A stretch of 64,000 bases of DNA from NCBI GenBank assembly GCA_002104905.1, contig MCFE01000433.1, positions 11,871 through 75,870 on the forward strand, written 5' to 3'. Shown here in pieces: positions 14,922-26,300 of this stretch (the first letter of the stretch is position 1; the number at the start of each line of letters is the position of its first letter). The notes under the pieces were generated by a model that saw only the letters and a list, made by a program, of their open reading frames with translations, did not search any database and was not told the DNA's origin. The stretch is from Basidiobolus meristosporus CBS 931.73. Taxonomy: Eukaryota; Fungi; Basidiobolomycota. A program made the translations under genes and the position numbers.

Positions 14922-16040
14922 TTACTTGTCGTGGGGAAGTAGCCACTTCCGTACCGCCCAGCGGATAAGTTGCTGTCGTATTGAGGCCTTCTGGGTGATT
15001 GGGGTATCGGAGCAAACGGAAGGGGAGAGCAAGTGTTGGGTGGGGGTGAAGCCGGGTGAGATCGGGCTGAATGGTGGAGGCCCGGAATATTCACTGTGTT
15101 GAGAGAGAGTGCCGTACTCTTTCACCATGCCCTCGCAGATCTTCAGCCAAGCGTGCTTCAAGCTCGGATCGAATAGAAACACTATGGCCGTAATCGTTCC
15201 CGGGCTAGCGGCGGTGATGACACCACCGACATTGACCCAATAAGGAAACTCCCCTTGATGGTAGGTGTAGACGGCGTTGAGCAGTTCGAAGAATCGAGTG
15301 AATAAAGAGATGATTGGATACCAAGCTACTCTATAAGCGGCCTGTTTGATCGCTTCAAAGGCGTTTCTCTGGGCGATGCTGGAGAAGGCAACCTTCTTCC
15401 CGCCTTCGAACTCAAGCTCGATCTCCCTTGTGCGGGTGTAGATTTTTTTCAGTACGATAACGATGGTGAAGGTGGAATAGATCACCGACATCAGCACCCA
15501 GATATAATAACTCAGCCATTCCCACACGTACCCGTCGAACAGTCCGTCGTTGAGGTACCAGCAGGTGTGTTCCCACTCGAGCCATCCATACATCCCGGCT
15601 AGTGCGGGGGCGGTTGCTGGGATAAATGAGCCGATGATGGCTCCAACAATGTACCATGCTTCGTAACGCTTGGTATCCTTAATCTGGTGCACAAATATCA
15701 GTTGCAAGCTGAAGGCTATCAGCCCCTTTAGATACACTGAGAGCAGAGAGAAATTCACGTAGCCCCACACCGAAAAAGAGCACCAGAAGCCGGGCTGCTC
15801 GATGACATAGCTGAATACTTGGAAGACCGAGTAGACCAGGTCCGCGATGCTGACGTAGAAGGTCAACCTCAAGGAGACCCGGTCGGCCAGCTTGGCGTCG
15901 TACATGTGTATCAGGGTGATCACCGCAATGATACCCAATGAGCACGCTATGGAGGGGATGCTGAAGACGATATCCAGTTTCTTGAAGAAGTTGGTGTCAT
16001 CCAGGCTCAATGGCATAAAGAAAACCTCGTCGTGAGACAT
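14922..16040 (-). CDS. Seven-transmembrane GPCR, cAMP-receptor/Git3-like, intronless
   Basis: 372-aa ORF with seven hydrophobic segments, ADRVSLRL after TM1, a C(84)...CW pair, RVAWYPII in TM6 and AIVFLFDP in TM7. Confidence 0.85.
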   Translation of the reverse strand: MSHDEVFFMPLSLDDTNFFKKLDIVFSIPSIACSLGIIAVITLIHMYDAKLADRVSLRLTFYVSIADLVYSVFQVFSYVIEQPGFWCSFSVWGYVNFSLLSVYLKGLIAFSLQLIFVHQIKDTKRYEAWYIVGAIIGSFIPATAPALAGMYGWLEWEHTCWYLNDGLFDGYVWEWLSYYIWVLMSVIYSTFTIVIVLKKIYTRTREIELEFEGGKKVAFSSIAQRNAFEAIKQAAYRVAWYPIISLFTRFFELLNAVYTYHQGEFPYWVNVGGVITAASPGTITAIVFLFDPSLKHAWLKICEGMVKEYGTLSQHSEYSGPPPFSPISPGFTPTQHLLSPSVCSDTPITQKASIRQQLIRWAVRKWLLPHDK

Positions 16041-16677
16041 CCTTAGGATCGCTTGAGTAAGAAGCTGGCCCAGGCGGAGGCAATGGAGAGGAATTTAAAT
16101 AACCACCCCGTGGTTTCAAATGGCCTTCACTGATCGATGATCCTCTGGTAATGGGCATGCTGCTCCATAACTGGTCACCCGGACCCACGAGAATTCCGGC
16201 TGGGCGGTCGGTGGGGTGCCGCCCAGCGGCCATTTAGAGCCCACGTCTCTCTGGATCCTGGGTGTTTGAGCAGGTGCTGTATGTGACACGGTCTCCACCC
16301 TCTCTGTGACAACAATGACCTCAGCTTGCCTGCGGTGTGCAGCGAATCTACCGAATTGTCCTATCTGTTGCATCGCTGTACACACGAGGGGTCGAGTCCT
16401 CCTGACGCGAAGCTCGGGTGAATCTGAAACCAATCAGGCGGCTCTACTTTCACGTTGTCCTAACCAACGAGGCGCGCACACACCAACCAACCATCCAACC
16501 ATTTCAGAAATCACAACTCAGACATCAAACGCGGAAACCAATGGTACCGTGATCTATATGGCACCAACAAAGCTCTGGCTGGGCAACGATAGTGGTCAAC
16601 CTGGGCTTGCCCTGCCTCGCAGTCTTCTCGCTCGCAAACAGGCTCTGCAGCAGTTGAATCGATTTTAATCCATACGA

Positions 16678-18179
16678 TTAGTCTAAAGTTACATCCCGTT
16701 CCAATGTGGGGTTTAGGGTGCTGGGGGCCACTTCGGGAGTGGGTGTGGGAGGGGGTGAGGCTGAGGTGGAGGTGGAGGTGGAGGGAAAGACATCGGTCCT
16801 ACCCGAAGCTACGGGTGGCTCGGTAATATCCCGTTTACACAGCGGGCACGTTCTATTTAGCTTCAGCCACTCATCAACACAATCTATGTGGAAATGGTGG
16901 TGACAGTACAGCTGCCTCAATTTCTGGCCATCTTCGTACTCAGATAGACAAATGCAACATATCGCATCCTCCTCCCGGATCCTGATCAGCGTCCCGGTGG
17001 TGTCCTCCATACACTCCGACTCTCTCCGGACGGGAGGGACCCCCGATTTTCGGCAGAGCTTCTTTTTGACTCGGTCGAGGAAACGTTGCGGTGGGTTCGC
17101 GTGGCTGGGCCAGGGCTGATCAGACACCAGTTGGTGGGTGGCGGGAACGTTCTGTCCCATGTTGATAACATGCGGATGTTCCGGGCTGGCCTGTGGGGTT
17201 CGTCGGTAGGTCAGAACAGGGATTTTGGAAATCACATCCTCCGTAGCACCAGCTCCGGTCACCTCACCGATGCCCAAGGTGCGCATGATCATCAGCACGC
17301 AAGGAAGACAAAAGATCACCGCCCCGCAGAGGAAAACCGGGATTGTGATCACGAAATACCCCAGGATCACCAGGGCCATGGACAAGCCAAACAGGCCGGG
17401 GGAGGTTTTCTGGCAGGTCGTCGTGGTGAACAATAAATAGTTTCCCACCAGGAAGATGAACGTTCCTACAAGATCCAGCAGGGATTTCCCTCTGCAAAAG
17501 AAAGCTGGTCAGTATTCTGGCTTGTTGTGTGGGACGCCGCTAGCTCCCAAGGAGGCGTGTGTTTACCTGTCAATCCAGTTCAGCAGTATGCTCGACTGGT
17601 CATTGGAGCTGTGTCTCTCGGGATGGATGTGGTAGGCAGCCAACACTGGAGTGGCCAGGAAGATTCTCACGACGTAACAGATAAGATACAGTCGCAGTGG
17701 CTTGTCACATTCCTCATGCCGGGTCACTAGCAGAATCGCTATGATGGTCGCTGACTAATGGAAAAACTTAGCTTCTCTCACAAAAGGGGATTTGCCGCTT
17801 GCTTTACCTGGACGACGAAAGACATGAGCGATAGGAGTAGCAGCAGTCTGGAGGTACGGGAGGCATTCCGATAGTACTCTAGTAGGTAACTTAGCCAATT
17901 CCGCCTAGCCAGGGTCACGGTACGGATGGAAGTGGTCCTGATTGAGCCAGAACGTGCGGTAGAGAGGTATATGGGTTGAGGGGTATGGGTATTTTCATGC
18001 TGGATATTCATCGAGATTGAGGAACTGGAGGGGTTGGAGCTTCGCGTGGAAAGTGCAGCGTTCAAGTGCCCTTCGGTTGTCGGCTCATCAGGTGTATTGC
18101 TAGAAACGGAAAGGGCTTCTATGGCCGTCTGGGGCGGGCCCTTCTCCGTACACGTGTGGACTGTGCCCGGCGAACTCAT
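16678..18179 (-). CDS. Transmembrane RING-H2 E3 ubiquitin ligase, 3 exons (18179-17808, 17754-17567, 17491-16678)
   Basis: C-terminal [47 protein letters not shown]2. Upstream TM segments with CDKPLRLYL and GNYLLF...C motifs. Splice sites keep frame. Confidence 0.87.
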
Positions 18180-18949
18180 CAGAGCAGTTATTCCACTTTC
18201 TGAAAGGATGAAGTGATATCGTCTCAGTCGACCGATAGCGAACTCAAATTGTGGGAAGAATTGGGTTGTAGGGGCGGCCACCAACCAAGTAGTCAAATAG
18301 GGAAAATTCGGACAAAAAGGAGACTCAGAACGTTGGCTCGCTTCAACAGCGAGCTACATATGTAGGGGATGATTCTCAAGGTCAGCGTTTTATGAGGTGT
18401 TCGGGTTTGTTATTTGTCGGAGGATTATGCGAAATAACCGCATTCTACAAATCGTGTTTGCTCACCAACAATATATAAACTGGCTCCTAGGCGCTAGATC
18501 TACTGGTGGAGTGTTGTCGCATAGTTTGTAGATCTTGTGGATCGCCCTTGATATCCTCAACGATCTGCAACTGTTGGTTGAAAAGCAGCAAGAATGGCCC
18601 AAATCTAAACCCTGGTCCCCCCCATCGGCAAGCGTATGACAAGTGGCTGTGAGTTGGGCCCGAAGCGGTGGTTGCTTTTGATGCTTGTGGTCAGAAACTG
18701 CCTGTGTTTGTTGGTGATGATAGGCCTACAAGGTTGAGACTGGGTGATGAAATGCTAGACTATCTAATCTTATTGAAGATCCTGTATTCATGGAAAACGG
18801 AGCACCTGAGGCATGGTTTTAGACCTTCCTGCATGATATTCTATAAAAGGCCAATATCGTTTGCAACCAGACAAAACCCTGTGCATGCCCATTCCGATTA
18901 ATACAGGTGGCCTGGGCTCTGGTAAACGATTCCATCCCAACAGTAATTT

Positions 18950-19800
18950 CATGCACGCCATTCCTGAGATGAATTAGGGCAAACAATACATGGTTCCATT
19001 GGTTCTGCTGTTGCATTAACCCGCTAGTCATTGGCCCACTTGGACTTTCACTCAATTGGAAATGCTGAGGATGGCCATCGCTGTATTGACCTTTTTATGT
19101 GTCAAGCTCCTCAAGCAAATAACTCGTATAGCCTGGCATATGCTTGAGTTTCTGAAACTACTACAAGTGGTTGTGTGGTGATTCCTCATCCCCAGAGCTT
19201 TATATATTACGGCTTAAAAACTGCCCATAAGCTCGAACACCTTATCAAAATCAACAGACCCTGTCTGTCAAGTAGTGTGCACCATCAAATGTAGAGGTTC
19301 CATAAGCAATTGACAAACTCATCCTGATTGTTAAAAAAGTTTGTTACGTGAAAACCAAAGGGTCGCGTTTCAAATGTGCACAAATGCGTCCGTATGAATT
19401 GTTTGTTTGAAGTAGTTTGGTCTTCTCCACTAACCAGAATATACTCAATAAGCCAACTAGCATTTGCTCTAACCTGCAACTACCACAATTTCAGCTTCCG
19501 CCTTTTGAGCACTACTACTGTTGCAGGCATACAGGATTTCCTGACAGTGGCTATGTGCTCATTCCTTGCAACTACCACTGCAGAGCTTTGCCCAATTCAA
19601 ACTACAGCAAGACCCTTTATTGGTAGGCTTCCATGTGATTTTTCCACATAGAAGTAGGAAGTAAATTAGGCTGTACCCCCTGCTGGTTCTTATTAAGTAC
19701 ATCTTGAATGAATGAAAATGCAGGAGGTTCTGGTACCAACAGATATTTGAGTGCATATTATTAGAATCAGACAATCTAGCCTTCTAGCACCAGCATAATT
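18950..19800 (-). mobile_element. Degraded Ty3/gypsy reverse-transcriptase remnant
   Basis: Minus-strand peptide ...EYILVSGEDQTTS...FETRPFGF... resembles the RT segment Y.QI.V..ED..KTAF...F..MPFGL. Many stops. Confidence 0.4.
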
Positions 19801-20540
19801 AGTGGATTGAGAGTGCAACAACATTGTAACAGCCAGTCAATAGAATGAAATATAGGATCATGTTAAAGAAGTAACTTTTGTGCTCTGGGTATCTAATATA
19901 TTGGTAAGAATATTACAGGTTTACCCCTACAAGGAATTTTGGTAGATATCACCAAGATTTGAAGAAGGGTGAATCCTTGGGTGGATCTTCTATGTTCTAA
20001 ATTTCATCCCCAATCTCCATCACAGTATCCCAAAAGCTTCTGTTCTTACATTTAAGCTTTATGCAGATACCAGCAGTTCCTTTTAAGTATCTAAATGTCT
20101 GCATTACTGTCATTATATGATCAGACTCATAGTTCTCACAATGCTGGCTAGCAAATACCACTCAGTACAGAAAATCTGCTTGGATTCCTAGCATCATATG
20201 CATTGGACTGCCAACCGCTCACTAACAAAGGAACTGTACACTCCTATATATTTTTAAGCTCTCCTAATTTGGTTGATTTTTGACCAAGCTAAGGTTAATC
20301 TGCATAGGGATACCAGGAGGATACTGACTGAATAACATATGATATCCAGGTTTCAGATTTCTTATTGAAATACTACCTGGCCTTTAGTTTCTGTTTATCC
20401 CATGGTATTCTTGTAGTGAGAGTCTTGGATATATTGGAAGTGACTGGGAGAGCAAGTAGACTATGTGGTTTTCACTTAATGATTTATTGAATGCAAAAAC
20501 AGTATTTATACTCAGCATATTCAAGGCATAACAAGAATTA

Positions 20541-21312
20541 CATATCAATCACATGTAGATATATTGATCATAAGTATGGTATTTATACTTTTGATAAAGT
20601 AAACAAATATGTATAGTCTAATAAGGAAGGTCCCAAGAATGTGTGCAATGTTTGGGTTCTTTTGGACAACTTTGAGAGAAATCATAATCTGGGTACCTGA
20701 CGTTTTGGTGAAAATATTACAAGTAAATCTCAGCCAGAAGTTTGGTCAGGATAGAATGCTTATCAAAAGAATAAGATCTTTATGATTAAGTTAGCATGAA
20801 TATTTAGGTGACAACTTAATAATTACAACATACAATTAGGTAGAAATCAAATTTTTGTGCTAGAACTAAGCACACAGATATTAGACATCATTTCATACAC
20901 AATGCCATAAAGAATAGCTTAGTTTAGTTTGCTGTCCCACATATGAAGTGATTGCAGACATATTTACCAGACCATTAACTAGAAACAAACTTGAATATCT
21001 TAGGTCAAAATTAGGACTAGTCAGTATAAACATTTAGTTGTGTCAGAGTGTTGTAGAAATTTCAAGTCACTTAGATTAGTACCTACAAATCTTAGAGAAT
21101 ACAGACCAAATTTCTGGTTGGGATTTACTTGGAATATTTTCACCAAAACATCAGGTACCCAGATTATGATTTCTCTCAAAGTTGTCCAAAAGACCCCAAG
21201 CTTTGCACACATATTCTTGGGACCTTCCTTATCAGACTATACACATTTGTTTATTTTATCAAAAGTATAAATACCATACTTTTGATCAATAAATCTACAA
21301 GTGAATGACATG
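20541..21312. repeat. Inverted repeat, ~207-bp arms (20541-20747 / 21104-21312)
   Basis: For example GGTCCCAAGAATGTGTGCAA versus TTGCACACATATTCTTGGGACC. The left arm is an inverted LTR fragment. Confidence 0.85.
20770..21020 (+). mobile_element. Ty1/copia RNase H C-terminal remnant
   Basis: Degenerate RTKHTDIRHHFIHNAI...IADIFTRPLTRNKLEYLRSKLGL, matching the copia RNase H end. Confidence 0.75.
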
Positions 21313-21376
21313 CAATTCTCTAGTTCTCCACATCACCTCCAATACTCCTCAGAATATTGCAATAGGTTATGAGCCC
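21049..21376 (+). repeat. Copia LTR (21049-21364, TGTTG...CAATA) followed by PBS GGTTATGAGCCC
   Basis: Follows the RNase H end. Homologous to 45715-45939, which ends CAACA and is followed by GGTCATGAGCCCC and gag. Confidence 0.65.
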
Positions 21377-23949
21377 CAAGCTCACTGTCCTCTTGGTGTC
21401 CACTTTGCCTTGGATCCTTTTCTGTTATTGTGGAGAGAGACTTTTTGCACTATTGCTCTGCTACAGTTAAAAATGGCTACCACTGCTCAAAGGACTATGT
21501 TCATGAGGATATTGCTCTGGAAAAGAAGGCCTTGCCTTTGGAAATCTCATTGAGTAACTACTCAAGCCAATTATAAAGGAAAGTCTATCAAGCTGGCATG
21601 TAAATATGTCCAGAAATATAGTACATTGGTGCTCAACCACTACTGAAGAAAATTGTGTAATTCCAACAATTGAGGGTACAGATCTACAATGCAATATATT
21701 GCTATATGTATTCATATGACTCCAATTTACTTTTAGACAAGCTTTTGGGTAGGATATTACCCCAAATTGCAAGAAAAAAAAATAGATTATTATTGAATGA
21801 TTGCCATAGGAAGATTTTACCACATCTGTTGCTGCACAAAATATAGGTGAGAATACAAATACAGGAGCTTTTAACCGCCATTTTGGACTACCTATTGAAG
21901 GAAGAAGATCTCAGAAACATGCTCCTGCAACTGTTAGGATCCTATTGGTTTATAATATATACAATTTCACCTGTAGTATGGATATGTGCTACAAAGTTCA
22001 TTGGAACAATGCTATAATTGTATCATGTAGTTTGATACCTGAACCAAGTTACCAGGAACTAAAAGTAGTGCTGTTAGATGTGCTTTCACTCTGTTTAAGT
22101 CTCAAAACAGCTGGAGAAAGTGCTTTACAAACTTAGCAAAATCAACTCAATGAAATTCTGCTACCAGCCAAAAAGAGTGAAGCAGATGATTGCAAGCCGG
22201 ATTGGAGTATTCTACCAAGCATCAGTTGGCCAGTATACAGCTAAGAGCCTCTCAGAAAATAGCATAGTACTTTATACTTGCAATATATATCACTTATGAC
22301 AGTGAGAGAAAACACTTGGTGACATTTGATTATCTGGATAAGATCAGTAGAATTTAATTGATGAAGTCACTACCAAGCTCTACATCCCAGAAATCTGATA
22401 TGTTGGAGTCCAGCACCAAAGCACTGGTGAAGCTAGCTTGCAGATGCAGGTTATTTAATCAAATTTGGCCAACTCTATCAAAGGTTATGATTGATCTAAG
22501 TGGATGCCAATTTTGATTATATCACTCTCAAATAGTGATATATCTGGACCAATGATGTTGTGATTACTTCTATACTCCAACACACTGCGGCTCCACCTGT
22601 AAGGAAGTCCAGAACCATCCCATAAAAGGAATATCCCCTGGGTCATCAGCAAAAAAAGAAAAAGAAGAAAAATGGTAAAGTACTACTACTGCAAATAGGT
22701 ATTTCCCAAATGGAGACAAAAGCCTATGTAGGCTTCATTTGGACTATCTGGCAATGCAGACATGCTCAATGGAGCCACTTGTACAAAGGTCTGAAGCCCA
22801 AAACCCCAGAAGAGCCTTGAAACTTCAACAGGATTTGTAAGATATTGTAGTATATATTGGAGCAGATTATTCAATGCAGAAGTCTTGATGTCTGCTGCCT
22901 ATGGAGCTGAAAGAAAAAGGTGCAAGGATCAACCATATGGTCTTTGTGGATTCTGAAGACACTGAAAGAATCATTTGGCCTTGCACACCAAGCTCAAGCT
23001 TGGAAACAACTATCAGGAGCACAAATATAATCAAAGCTCTTGTTAAGAAGAATCTCACTTCTGGAAAGGTGCCAATCTCTACTCTACAAGTATATTCTGA
23101 TAAGACAAAAGCAGATGCATCAATCCAAATCAGTAGAAGTACTTGAAGAATAGCTACCAAACAACCTATGGTATTGTCTGATACCAAACTGGGTAAATCA
23201 TGAAGCAAATGAACTTTGAATCAACCATAGATGAAGTAATTAGTCCAAAGAATGTTACTCCTATGTAAGGAAGACAAAGATGACCACTCTAGATTGCTTT
23301 TTTGTGGATATGAGGTCAATAAACAGACATGGCTCAAGCAGCGGCAGGCCATCCCAGCTCAGAGCTGAGCAAAAACCTTTTTTTTGGCCATGCTGTATGT
23401 GCTTTAGTGCCAGTAAATGAGGATAATCTGGATCAAGTGTAAATGACAAAGCTTTAACTTGGCCCAACAGAGGTTGTTTTTTCTCCTCATTTAGAGTCAA
23501 TTTGATAGAAGTAGCTGTCTCTGAGCCCAATATGGGCAAAAAGTGAGGTTGTCTAAATGAACTAGATTTTTGGCCAGAAATAAGGAAACTCATGATATGC
23601 CATAAATAAAAAAACCCTAACTTGACCAAAAGTGGGTCAATTCAGCTCAAATAATAAGCATTAGATAGCCCAGGGACTATATAACTTAGCTCATTCTGAG
23701 GTCATTGAGAAATCTATCAATCTCTGGTACCTTCTGGAACACCATGATTAGTGATCACTTAGCCAGTGAGAAAAGTATATCAGGGAGGCAATCCCACAAC
23801 AATACATCATCATCCCTTTCACCATTATACCAACTTGATGTTTGGTGTAATCACTGCTACCTGCTGCTTCCTTGACTTCCAATCCCAGACCACAGAACAC
23901 TCCCAGGAAACCACACTGACAGCCAACTGACCTTGGAGGCACTACTTGT

Positions 23950-25799
23950 GAGGAATACTCAGAGTAGGTATTGTTTATTTTGTTCCATTCTTTCCCATGT
24001 TGATTCTTGTACAGGCAAAGATACTTTTCTGTCTTTGTAACTATTGACTACAGCTGCATTCTTATTAAGTCCCTGCTGATGGAGTTTACAGTTGTTGTGA
24101 CTTTGGAAGCTTTAGTACATTGCCATCCCAAAGGACACTGAACCCAGCACATTCTGTTGCCAGGATGCTAACTAAGTTGGGGATTGTAGCTCAATGGTTT
24201 ACCCTTGACAAGCTTGTGGCTTTATTCCCCTTCACATTAGAGTGGACACAGAACCCAAGTATTCATAGCAAAGCTACTGCTAGAAGTGCTCATTTAGCAG
24301 CTTGAAGACATGGATAAGCCACTCCCAAAGTCTCTAGCTATAACTGAGTTTACCATGACACCCTACCTTACTCAAGGACTTCCCTAGGGCTTGGCAAAGA
24401 GAGTTGACTTACATGCAGCCAAGGATGACAAGTCTGGAATTCTATGCTTTGCAGAGATGAAATGTGTTCTCCTAGAGACACAACAAACTTCCACCTTTAT
24501 GAGCCTCTTGAAGTCAAATCTACCCAGCCAGTAAGCCAAGGAGCCAAGGAGTGCTGCTACTGAGAAGGAAACTTACACTACCAGCAGAATTGATCAACTT
24601 GCTGAACAGCTGCAAAAAGCTAGCCCTAAAGATATATGGCTCAGCTAAAGTGGCTACTGAGAGCCAGAGACCTTTGTCCAGACACTCTATCTATTGTGAT
24701 TCTACTCAACATGCCAGAGGAGAATGCTAAGAGCTTAGTCAGCTATTTGGAGATGGAACTGTACAGTTTGCTGGAATGCTTGCTGACAAGGAAGCAAGGG
24801 GGATCTCCACCAATTTCCAAAGAGGAGGGATCAGAGCCTTATTACAAGATTCCAACACAGCAGCCAGGAAGCTTACTGTTGATCCCCCTAATGGGACACA
24901 TGCAGAGAGCACAAGTGTCAGGATCACATGACATCCCTGGTCACCAATATTCAAGCTAAATCAAGTTGGTGAAAAATCTCAGTTCCTTCTGGAAAGTTCT
25001 GCCACATTCTAGCAACTTCTGGAAAGCTCCAAATCAACATTACACAATAGAAAGCCTTAGTGACTACTCCATTAACTCAATATATAATCTGTACTGTGGA
25101 TATGACCAGATCCCCCGGATGAGATATCAAGATATATGTTTGCACTCCAGACACTATTTGGGCTGTCAAGGAAGACAAGACTCAGCCAAGGGGGTACAAA
25201 CTCTGTGGCTCAGTTTCAGAGATGTATGGTGAGTGTGCTGTACCAGTTCATACCTGAGGAACTTGCTGTCATTGTTGATGATGCAGGCATCAAAAGACCA
25301 AAGCTCCTGGACACCACTGAGGTTATGCCTGGTGTAAGAAGGTTTGTCTGTAACCATATTCTGGACAATGATGCTATGTTAAGAGCTATTGAAGAAGCCA
25401 GACTCACCATCAGTGGTGAGAAGAGCATTTTTGTGTATCAGAGATATCTGTTGTTGGACAAAGATGCAACACTTATGGTTGTTTGCCTGGAGACTCCAAG
25501 ACACAAAAGATAGGCAACTGGCCCACTTGCACAAGCCTGACCCAAGCATGTGGCTTCTTTAGAATCTGAAAAACAAGATTTTCTGAAATTGCAGAACCAA
25601 TTTATCAGTTACAAAGAAAGAATGCCCTCATTTATCTGGGGAGAAGAATAAGAAGATGCAATGCTACTACTAGAAGTGGCCCTAGTATCCCTACCAGTTC
25701 TAAGACCTCTGCAATTGCAGAACACTGAATGCCCACCTATAATGATGGTTGATACAAGCCCAATAGGAGCTAGAGCACTACTGGGCCAAGACAACCTAG
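23950..25799 (+). mobile_element. Degraded Ty3/gypsy gag-pol remnant (RT and start of RNase H)
   Basis: NLYCGYDQIP; FIPEELAVIVDDAGIKRP...PGVRRFVCNHI...LTISGEKS (fungal gypsy RT); IMMVDTSPIGARALLGQD (RNase H). Confidence 0.72.
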
Positions 25800-26300
25800 T
25801 GTAATGAACAGACACAAGGCAGGAGAGTAGAACTAGGCAAGGCAGGACCCAGAAAGGACTTGGGTGTGGATCAACAAGGCAAGACGTGTTTTCAAGGCAA
25901 GGCTGATTTCCAAAGCAAGGCTATTTATTCAAGACCTGAGTTTATCAAACTGAGGAATACACCAGGGGGGGATAGGACTATGTATACTTTTTGGCAATAT
26001 GGATGCCAAGAGATATTGGCTAATATTGATGGGGTTCTGGGGTGAAGCACAGTAAGTGTGCCAAGATAGAATATACTAAAGAACAGACTGGAATATCACA
26101 TTGAGATATGTCAGGGGTCAGTTGATTATGTGACTAGGTCATGTTGCATGTAGTTACCATATATGGCATGGGACTACATAAATTTTAATGGGAAGCTTCC
26201 ATAAAATGTTCCATTGTGTAATGTTAACTTGGAGCTTTCAAGAAGTTGCTAGAGTGTAGTAGAACTTTCTAGATGGAATTGGGACTTCTTCAATGACTTA
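25800..26300 (-). repeat. LTR, reverse copy of the 52618-53123 solo-LTR family; right end eroded
   Basis: TGTAATGAACAGACACAAGGCAGG... is the reverse complement of the 3' end of the 52618 LTR. Similarity continues to about 26290. Confidence 0.72.

Noticed and set aside
13607-17497. Alternative-frame ORFs overlapping the NIPA, GPCR and RING genes
   Set aside because: Expected shadow ORFs of GC-rich coding sequence.
24178-24240. GGGGATTGTAGCTCAATGG resembles a tRNA 5' end / Pol III A-box
   Set aside because: No B-box (GTTCRA), anticodon arm or acceptor-stem partner downstream, and it lies in decayed retroelement sequence.
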